This document shows, piece by piece, positions 55,430-64,000 of a stretch of 64,000 nt of DNA. Source of the stretch: an uncultured Bdellovibrionales bacterium (GTDB taxonomy: Bacteria; Patescibacteriota; Minisyncoccia; Moranbacterales; GWC2-37-73). The position numbers and the translations under genes are program-made. The notes under the pieces are model-generated. The model was not told the origin of the DNA and searched no databases. It saw only the letters and a program-made list of their open reading frames with translations. The DNA lies in assembly GCA_964609855.1 (NCBI GenBank), contig CAZSTB010000004.1:3740-67739 (forward strand). Reading direction: 5' to 3'. The number at the start of each line of letters is the position of its first letter. The first letter of the stretch is position 1.

Positions 55430-56362
55430 CTAACCTACCTTGACAAATTCGATGAAGTTTTGCTTCGTAAGTCTAGCATATGCTAAAAATACATCCTTTA
55501 AACCCATTTTTTTAAAAATCGCTCTACCCTTGCAAAGCTGATCTTTATAGTATTTCTCCTTCTCTGCAGCATTCATACTTTTCATAATATTCCTGTACGC
55601 CGCACAGCCTGCATGCTGAATAATTACACCTTCCTCAGCACCAGCGCGCACAGCTTTTTCTACATTCATAAGATCAGCGTCATTTCCATCTATAATCCCC
55701 TTGCAGGAACCTGGACTTCCGAGCAAATGATAATAAGGAATTTTCAAAGAAGAATAGACAAAGTCGAAGCTTTCCTTGCGAAAACGAAAATCTAAGCAGA
55801 TAGAAAGGAGGTACTTACAGGAAAGCACACTGCGCAAAGAGAATGCTATCCTCCAAACAATTTCTTCTTTGCCGCTGCCGTCAATCAAGCCCTCATAAGA
55901 AACATATTCAAGCATCTCTCCATCATCCGCAATGCGGATGAAAATGGGCAAGATTCTCACATCCTGATGATTATGCATCGAGCTTCTGGCAAACGCCAGC
56001 ATCCGCCCTTTATGAAATTCCTCCTCTTCGCGTCTATCATTAAAACGAGCGGGCAAAATAAGCTCCGCATGATGAAAAACTATCACCAACCTTGCCTCAT
56101 GATCATTACAGACAAGATTCAGTGTGCCCATTTCCGTGGGACTCCCCCTTAGATAGCGCTTTGCGAAACGATCAGTTGCGACCAAATCGAAAGCGCTAAG
56201 ATTGAGACCTTCAGGATCTCTGAGATACTGACTCGTGGATCTAAGAATTCTGAAATCCGCCGGAATAAATGCGACTGCATTGCAGGTATTTATTCCAGCA
56301 TAATCAAAACTCGTAGTTAGCAGGACATTACCACTTTTAATGCCTAACATTCTGTGTGACAT
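55430..56362 (-). CDS. Hypothetical protein
   Basis: ORF only; a His/Cys-containing stretch (IIQHAGCAAY) is not diagnostic. Confidence 0.35.
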   Translation of the reverse strand: MSHRMLGIKSGNVLLTTSFDYAGINTCNAVAFIPADFRILRSTSQYLRDPEGLNLSAFDLVATDRFAKRYLRGSPTEMGTLNLVCNDHEARLVIVFHHAELILPARFNDRREEEEFHKGRMLAFARSSMHNHQDVRILPIFIRIADDGEMLEYVSYEGLIDGSGKEEIVWRIAFSLRSVLSCKYLLSICLDFRFRKESFDFVYSSLKIPYYHLLGSPGSCKGIIDGNDADLMNVEKAVRAGAEEGVIIQHAGCAAYRNIMKSMNAAEKEKYYKDQLCKGRAIFKKMGLKDVFLAYARLTKQNFIEFVKVG

Positions 56363-56535
56363 TTTTACTGCCTCCTTTTGATTGGCATAAAAAATTATGC
56401 ATACTTGAAGTAAACATGATGATTTTCAATTTTTTAAAAAACCAAACAAATGTGTAAATAATTTCCTTTTTTCGTATTATCTAAAATTCACTAATAACTT
56501 TCCATATCACAAGCCATGCAGTCTCCTGAAAAGCA

Positions 56536-58293
56536 CTAATCCATAAAGTAAAACGGTATACTCAACTGCTTTATTCCATTAAGCCTGTAATCAAGCATCT
56601 TCTTACCAACAAAAATAACACTTATGCGATTGTCGGTTTGTGCAATTTCTTCAATATTTGCATCCAATATTCCCCTACGACTTACGAATTTAAATATAAT
56701 CGTATTCTCTTTTCCCATTGATTGCTCGAGTTCATTAAACACTTTTTCAGCCTTAGCTTTTATTTGCGTCTCTAAATCTTCTGTAAATTTATCTTCCAAG
56801 CAAAGCATCACAACAACTTTTTCAATTTTGTGTCGATTCGCCCAATCCGCGACAAACGGAAGCCTGCCAATAAATGATTCACCTCTTGTCACCAGCATCA
56901 CGGAAGATTTTTCACTCAAATCCACTTTCTTTTTATCATGCATAATTTCAGCAACTTTCAATTTTTCAGCAACCATCGGTGTCAATAAAGGCTCCACAAT
57001 CAAAGTAAGCAAAATGGTCCACATACCAATTTCAATCAAACCGTTAACATCCGGCAACCCCATTGATACTATAGTTAACATCAAAACTGCAGGAATAGCA
57101 CCTGTTTCTCTCACAAAAGAGATGAATAGTAAGTCGCGAACAGATAGTTTCTCCTTTCCCCAATAAGTAAATGCACCCATGGAAACAAAGACGGCTATCG
57201 GCCTAATGATAAACATGAAAATTAAGGCGGCCGCAATTCCAATCGGAGCGTATTCGATTAATTTCGGAAGGTCAACCAATGATCCAAGTAAAATGAAAAT
57301 TATAGGCTTCAGGAATCCGTCAACCAAATTATTGAAAAATCTCTCCGTTTCTGTTAAATGTTCCGAAATATGGAAAATCAAACCAGCAACAAAAGCAGCA
57401 AGATATCCACTTCCTCCTGCGAATAATGCGATGGTAAAAATGATAATTGGAACTGAAATGAAGAATGCAGAATCTGCTTCGAACTCTTGCCCTTGAAAGT
57501 GCTTGAATCTTAGCAGCAGTTCCAAGAAGAGATATCCAGCGATACCCAGCATTGATCCAAAAAACAATTGTTTAGCTAATATGATGCCACTTTCATAATT
57601 AAAAATGGCGCCATACCATTGACTAATATTGGCAAACTGAGTTCCAGCAAGAGCGATGGAAAGGAAAACAATTGTCAGCAATGTGCCCACAACATCAGTA
57701 ACGGCGCTTTCTGAAATTATAATATCCTTAACTGCACGGTTACGGAAACGTAAGTTCTTAAGAACTGGAATTATAGCTGCAGGGTCAGTTGAGGCAAGAA
57801 CCGCACCGAGCAGAACTGATACCATCATGGAAATATTCAAATCAAACATCAGTCCCAATCCCCAGATCATCCATGAAAAAAGAAAAGCTGTAATAAACAA
57901 ACCGATAAAAGAAACAGAAAATATTTTCCAAATCAATTTTTTAAAATTTGCAAAAGGTATTTCCAAACCGCCGGAAAACAAGATCAGTGTTGCACCTAGC
58001 CCAACTACTATTCCCAAAATTTCACTACTCGTGGCAATTGGTACAAGCAGCGGCTTTGCAGCCAATCCTAAAAATATTGCCATAACAAAAGATGGCAGCC
58101 TCACTAAATGTGAAAGATAAAAAACCAAGAAACTTAAAAGAAAAAGTGTGGCTATAACAAAAAAATTAGTCATAATAGCCGCCTCACTGCCGTGCTGCAG
58201 AGACTTATAGATAGTGCTGCCAAAAGAGGAGAAAAAACCAACTACAGCTATAATAAACATCGTCATGCCGTAGCGAATGGATTTCTTTTTCAT
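56536..58293 (-). CDS. Monovalent cation:proton antiporter (CPA1 / NhaP-type Na+/H+ exchanger) with C-terminal cytoplasmic domain
   Basis: About 12 TM helices with the Na_H_Exchanger-type profile, then a soluble C-terminal domain. Confidence 0.7.
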   Translation of the reverse strand: MKKKSIRYGMTMFIIAVVGFFSSFGSTIYKSLQHGSEAAIMTNFFVIATLFLLSFLVFYLSHLVRLPSFVMAIFLGLAAKPLLVPIATSSEILGIVVGLGATLILFSGGLEIPFANFKKLIWKIFSVSFIGLFITAFLFSWMIWGLGLMFDLNISMMVSVLLGAVLASTDPAAIIPVLKNLRFRNRAVKDIIISESAVTDVVGTLLTIVFLSIALAGTQFANISQWYGAIFNYESGIILAKQLFFGSMLGIAGYLFLELLLRFKHFQGQEFEADSAFFISVPIIIFTIALFAGGSGYLAAFVAGLIFHISEHLTETERFFNNLVDGFLKPIIFILLGSLVDLPKLIEYAPIGIAAALIFMFIIRPIAVFVSMGAFTYWGKEKLSVRDLLFISFVRETGAIPAVLMLTIVSMGLPDVNGLIEIGMWTILLTLIVEPLLTPMVAEKLKVAEIMHDKKKVDLSEKSSVMLVTRGESFIGRLPFVADWANRHKIEKVVVMLCLEDKFTEDLETQIKAKAEKVFNELEQSMGKENTIIFKFVSRRGILDANIEEIAQTDNRISVIFVGKKMLDYRLNGIKQLSIPFYFMD

Positions 58294-58330
58294 AAATATT
58301 GATTATTTTTTAAATTCGTAATTAAAAGAC

Positions 58331-59956
58331 TTACGATGTCAGCCCTAATGCGTCTCTGGTGCTGGAAAAAACCTCGCCTTTTTCCTTCATATTTCTGAAC
58401 CATCGCTCTTTATTCAATGCTCTTGTCAATGAATCATTAGCTGAAGAAATCACAACATTCTTCCCTCTGATTTTCAAAGTTTCAATCATTTCCTTAATGA
58501 TTTCCAACCCGTCCATGTCAAAGAAGAATAAGTTGCGGAAACTCAATACCACCGTTTTCGTATCATCACTTATTAAATTAATATTTTCCATGTGAGATTG
58601 AACATTGACATACGTAAGCTGTCCCGCAAATCGATAAACCAAAGAATCTCCATGATCAGACCTTTTTGCAAATTCCTTTGCATTTAACCTTGCTAGTAAT
58701 TTTCCATCGCGATTAATATTGATTTCGGTTTTAGCACGCGACATCTTGTTGGCGAACATTAAAAGTGCAACCACCGATCCGATCAATATTCCAAAAATCG
58801 GGTCCTCTGCGACTGTAATAATTGCCACGATAATCGCAAGCAAAAAAGCAGATTTATCGTTGCGATATATTTTTACAAAATGTTCACGCTCCACCATTTG
58901 CGTTGCCGTAAAAATCAAAATTGAGGCTACAACTGGAAGCGGGAGGTATTTAAAAATAAATAGGAAAATTGCTGAAATAATCAAGATGCAAACGCTGCTG
59001 ATTGTTGCAGACATTTTATCATTAGCACCACTTTTTACATTCAGTGAAGTTCGAGCCAAAGCAGCTGTTGCAGGAATACCACCAAAAAGTCCTGAGAAAA
59101 TATTTGCAAGTCCAGTACCCAACACTTCTTTTCTGGTATTGTGCTTTGTTTTTGTCATTCCATCAGCTATTTTTGCTGACATTAAGGTTTCCAGAATTCC
59201 CACCACGCTCACAGCCACAGCTCCCATCAGTATCTCTTTATTAATCACCCAAGAAATGTTTGGAATTGCAAAAAGATTACCAGAGATATCGCCGAACTTT
59301 GAAAATAAAGTCTGAAATTGAACATCAATAAAACCAATTTGAGAAAGATATCCAAGTAAAATTCCAATCGGAGCCAGCACCATCACTCCTGGAACTTTCG
59401 GATAGAATTTTCTCCAAGCAAATAGGAAGATTAGTCCTGAAATAGTGAGTATCAAAGTTGCCCAATGCAAAGAGCTTAGATGCGAAAAACTCTCACCCAA
59501 GTTATCAATCAATTTTTCATGAACTGGCAATCCCTTTAAGCCAAAAGCGAAATTAAATTGTCCCAAGGCTATTATAAAAGCAACCCCTAAGGTGAACCCA
59601 TGTACAACGCTTGAGGGAATAAAAACGATATAACGCTCCCAACGAAGCAGAAAAACTATCAGTGTCATCAATCCAGTCAAAATAGCTAGGAGTGGTAGAA
59701 TTGAAACGCCATATTTAATTGCAAAAACAATTAAGATTCCAGAAAGAGCACCAGTTGGTCCGACGATATTGAAATTACTCCCTCCAAAAATTGACGCGAG
59801 CAATCCCGCCCAAATTGCCGTGACTACACCCATGAGTGGCGTGGCTCCAGCTGCAACTGCCAAGGAAATTGAAAGAGGAATTGAAACAAAAGCGACCGTT
59901 AGACCGGCTTTCCAATTAGCTTTTATTTTTTCTTTAAAATCAGAGCTCTTTTCCAT
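58331..59956 (-). CDS. SulP-family anion transporter with C-terminal STAS domain
   Basis: SulP N-terminal signature (GLTVAFVSIPLSISLAVAAGATPLMGV...IFGGSNFNIVGPTGALS) and a STAS-like C-terminus. Confidence 0.85.
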   Translation of the reverse strand: MEKSSDFKEKIKANWKAGLTVAFVSIPLSISLAVAAGATPLMGVVTAIWAGLLASIFGGSNFNIVGPTGALSGILIVFAIKYGVSILPLLAILTGLMTLIVFLLRWERYIVFIPSSVVHGFTLGVAFIIALGQFNFAFGLKGLPVHEKLIDNLGESFSHLSSLHWATLILTISGLIFLFAWRKFYPKVPGVMVLAPIGILLGYLSQIGFIDVQFQTLFSKFGDISGNLFAIPNISWVINKEILMGAVAVSVVGILETLMSAKIADGMTKTKHNTRKEVLGTGLANIFSGLFGGIPATAALARTSLNVKSGANDKMSATISSVCILIISAIFLFIFKYLPLPVVASILIFTATQMVEREHFVKIYRNDKSAFLLAIIVAIITVAEDPIFGILIGSVVALLMFANKMSRAKTEININRDGKLLARLNAKEFAKRSDHGDSLVYRFAGQLTYVNVQSHMENINLISDDTKTVVLSFRNLFFFDMDGLEIIKEMIETLKIRGKNVVISSANDSLTRALNKERWFRNMKEKGEVFSSTRDALGLTS

Positions 59957-60241
59957 ATTTGTTTATTTAAATAATTTATTCATTCAGCACTTCAAAATTT
60001 GAAAACAAAAAAACTCCGCAAAAAATGGGGGGTATTTTTGTAGCAAAAATTAAGCAAACAAAAAAGCCTATGCCAGAGCATACACTTTTCTTTTTTGGGC
60101 TATAGAAAAAGGACCGAGAAAAGTCAGAGCATCCTTTTTTAAAATATTTATCTACAAAACAACTAAGATTTATTTAATCAACTCTAAAATTTTACTCCTA
60201 TAAAAAAAAGCTGTCAATATTTCATTAATGAATTTTAATAA

Positions 60242-60271
60242 GGACCCGTCATCGAATTCGATGACGGGTCC
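60242..60271 (-). terminator. 30-bp perfect palindrome GGACCCGTCATCGAATTCGATGACGGGTCC immediately 3' of the transporter gene
   Basis: Seen directly; U-poor tail. Confidence 0.45.
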
Positions 60272-60276
60272 CGCTT

Positions 60277-61611
60277 CTAGAAAAACCTGTGCTGCAAGAT
60301 AAATGTTCCTGCTCCAGCGAGATATCCCACGAAAGCCAAAACCCCTATCCTTCTAGCATACCAGAAGAAAGTTATTTTTTCCAAGCCCATCGCCGCAACA
60401 CCTGCAGCTGAACCTATGATCAGAATTGAACCACCTGTGCCGGCGCAATATGACATAAATTCCCAAAGGAAGCTATCGGTCGGATATTGTGCAAGATCAT
60501 ACATTCCTATGGACGCAGCAACCAGCGGCACGTTATCAACAACTGCGCTTGCTATTCCGATAAAAGTAACAATAAGATCTTGACGGCCTACGCTGTGATC
60601 GAGCCATTTGGCAAGCGATCCCAGGATATGCGTATGCTCTAAGGTTGCCACAGCCATCAGAATGCCAATGAAAAAGACTATAGATCCCATGTCTATCTTG
60701 GTAAGAGCATGGACCAGTGTCAGATGCTGCTTGTCATCAGCTTCCTTTTGGCGATGCACCAAATCCCCTGCCAGCCAAAGAATTCCGAGACCGAACAGAA
60801 TTCCCATAAAAGGCGGCAGATGAGTTATGGTTTTAAAGATAGGGACACACACCAAAATCCCAATCCCCATAAAAAACATAAAGTTGCGCTCAAAAGGTGT
60901 AGTTTCTGGCAAATTGATTGCCTCAACTATTTTAGGAGCAATAACCTCACGCCCCTTAAGCATGAAGCTTACTATGGTGAGCGGTACAGCAAGGTTAACC
61001 AGTGAGGGTAGCAAAACACCCTTGATAATATTCATCGCCGTAATTTGCCCACCAATCCAAAGCATGGTGGTGGTGACATCTCCGATCGGAGACCATGCCC
61101 CACCAGCATTGGCAGCGACAACGATCATCCCTGCGAAGAACAGACGGTCCTCCTCGTTTTCAAGCAACTTTTTCATCAGTGAGATCATCACGATAGTGGT
61201 AGTCAGATTATCCAACACAGCGCTGAGGAAAAAGGTAACAAATCCGATCAGCCACATCAGCGATGAAAGCTTAGTCGTCCTGATTTTAGACGTTACCACC
61301 TCGAAGCCGTTGTGAGCATCAACCACCTCGACAATTGTCATGGCCCCTATCAAGAAGAAGATTATCTGGGCAGTAGAGGCTAGCGATTCATTCAGCTGAT
61401 GCCCAACCAGCGAGTGATCGCCGGTAGACAAGGCGTAGATAGACCACAGTAAGCCAGCTCCAATTAGCGAAGATGCTGATTTGTTGATCCCGATGGGATG
61501 TTCAAATGCGATAGCCAGATAGATAATACCAAACCAGCAAATCAATGCTACAATCATGTTCCCTCCTAGTAAATGTTGGAATAAGTTAAAAGCCAAAATG
61601 CCGCAAAACAT
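60277..61611 (-). CDS. ArsB/NhaD-superfamily ion transporter (Na+/H+ antiporter NhaD-like)
   Basis: Polytopic (10-12 TM) with an internal repeat typical of the ArsB/NhaD/CitMHS fold. Confidence 0.55.
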   Translation of the reverse strand: MFCGILAFNLFQHLLGGNMIVALICWFGIIYLAIAFEHPIGINKSASSLIGAGLLWSIYALSTGDHSLVGHQLNESLASTAQIIFFLIGAMTIVEVVDAHNGFEVVTSKIRTTKLSSLMWLIGFVTFFLSAVLDNLTTTIVMISLMKKLLENEEDRLFFAGMIVVAANAGGAWSPIGDVTTTMLWIGGQITAMNIIKGVLLPSLVNLAVPLTIVSFMLKGREVIAPKIVEAINLPETTPFERNFMFFMGIGILVCVPIFKTITHLPPFMGILFGLGILWLAGDLVHRQKEADDKQHLTLVHALTKIDMGSIVFFIGILMAVATLEHTHILGSLAKWLDHSVGRQDLIVTFIGIASAVVDNVPLVAASIGMYDLAQYPTDSFLWEFMSYCAGTGGSILIIGSAAGVAAMGLEKITFFWYARRIGVLAFVGYLAGAGTFILQHRFF

Positions 61612-61877
61612 ACCAAATTCTAATCAAAAGCCTCCTTGATAAGTATTTTTTAATAAGTATTCAATTCACAACCTAAATCAAACGCCACGTTTGTGCGCGA
61701 AACAAGAACATTATTTCTATTAAAGAACTTCAAGCTAAAGATGATTCTAGCATTAAATAGTAAAGAAATCAAGTAATTTCATAGAAATATCTCCAAAAAA
61801 ATAACAATTAAAAAATTAAAAACATATGCTTATGATGCATATGTTTTTAATTGATACTATTTTTACGAAAAATTCAA

Positions 61878-62330
61878 TCAATCCAGCTTCATGCCACCTC
61901 TTGAATGATGCTTTTTGGCAACTCGTACGCGCGCCATTTCCTTTTCAATAGCAGCCGCAACTTTAGCATATTCCATCTCATTCATGGAAACTTTTTCATT
62001 CTTGATTTCTTCCGCCCTCTTTCTCGCCTCCTCTGCGCGAGTGATATCAATTTCACTAGCCGCCTCAGCAGTATCAGCCAAAACCACTAATTTATTGTCG
62101 TTGAATTCAATAAATCCAGTTGAAACAACAAGCAGGGTTTCAACTCCTTCGGATTTCAGCATGATTTCTCCAGCTTTCAAGGCCGCAATATAGCTGCGAT
62201 GTCCCGGCATGATTGTCACTTGTCCATCCGAAACAGGAAGTGTGGCCTGATCAACTTCAGACTCGAACAAAGTTCGTTCGGGAGTCACGATTTTGAATTT
62301 AATTTTAGTAGACATACGATTAATTTTCAT
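61878..62330 (-). CDS. atpC: F-type ATP synthase epsilon subunit (start may be at MSTKIKF, 62315)
   Basis: KFKIVTPERTLFESEVDQATLPVSDGQVTIMPGHRSYIAALKAGEI beta-sandwich plus C-terminal helical hairpin. Confidence 0.8.
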   Translation of the reverse strand: MKINRMSTKIKFKIVTPERTLFESEVDQATLPVSDGQVTIMPGHRSYIAALKAGEIMLKSEGVETLLVVSTGFIEFNDNKLVVLADTAEAASEIDITRAEEARKRAEEIKNEKVSMNEMEYAKVAAAIEKEMARVRVAKKHHSRGGMKLD

Positions 62331-62441
62331 TTTTCAATTCACAATTTTCATTGAATTTTCAATTTTCAATGTTTGAAAATTTATTCATTGCGAATTTATT
62401 GTAAATTGATCATTGATCATTGGAAATTATGAAATCAAAAA

Positions 62442-63860
<1,419 letters not shown>

Positions 63861-64000
63861 TTAGGCATTAGCTTCTTAGCTTTTTAGCCAATCAAATTAA
63901 TTACTATTTATAATTTCACAAATATATTTTGTCATCTTGAGTGTAATTGAGACCGATAGGTCGAAATGAAGTCGAAAGATCTGAGTTTTTTAGTGGGCTC

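Noticed and set aside
55430-56362. Beta-carbonic anhydrase (HxxCG-like stretch IIQHAGCAAY)
   Set aside because: The first zinc-ligand motif (CxDSR) is absent or mis-spaced, and the protein is ~100 aa longer than beta-CAs. Left as hypothetical.

Overview
Low-GC, gene-dense segment that reads like a reduced-genome Patescibacteria/CPR-type chromosome (organism assignment is inference). About 90% of genes are on the minus strand, aminoacyl-tRNA synthetases are shortened, and ribosome-binding sites are weak. Core housekeeping genes (ftsA, eno, pgk, mraY, a PBP5-like D-Ala-D-Ala carboxypeptidase, scpA/scpB, aspS, ispH, proS, glyQS, a DEAD-box helicase, parA/parB, tRNA-Leu, atpD/atpC, several transporters) surround a ~19-kb accessory/mosaic region (about 20.2 to 39.2 kb) and a second signalling island (about 45.5 to 50.4 kb). 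The accessory region holds two paralogous multi-TM sensor histidine kinases plus two decayed histidine-kinase 3' fragments, four to five Nudix hydrolases, two tandem SPASM/twitch-type radical SAM enzymes bracketed by ~38-bp direct repeats, an E1-like ThiF protein overlapping a LuxI/FeeM-like N-acyltransferase, a SET-domain protein, a RAYT/IS200-like HuH tyrosine transposase, an acidic Cys-rich membrane-anchored protein, and several families of GC-rich modular palindromic repeats (REP/MITE-like) that stand out against the AT-rich background. The signalling island encodes an unusual fusion of a receiver (REC) domain to an RlmN/Cfr-family radical SAM methyltransferase, next to a REC-PAS-histidine-kinase hybrid, an ECF sigma factor and an OmpR-type regulator. 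All calls rest on motif recognition in the supplied translations and on direct reading of the nucleotide sequence; no database search was run.
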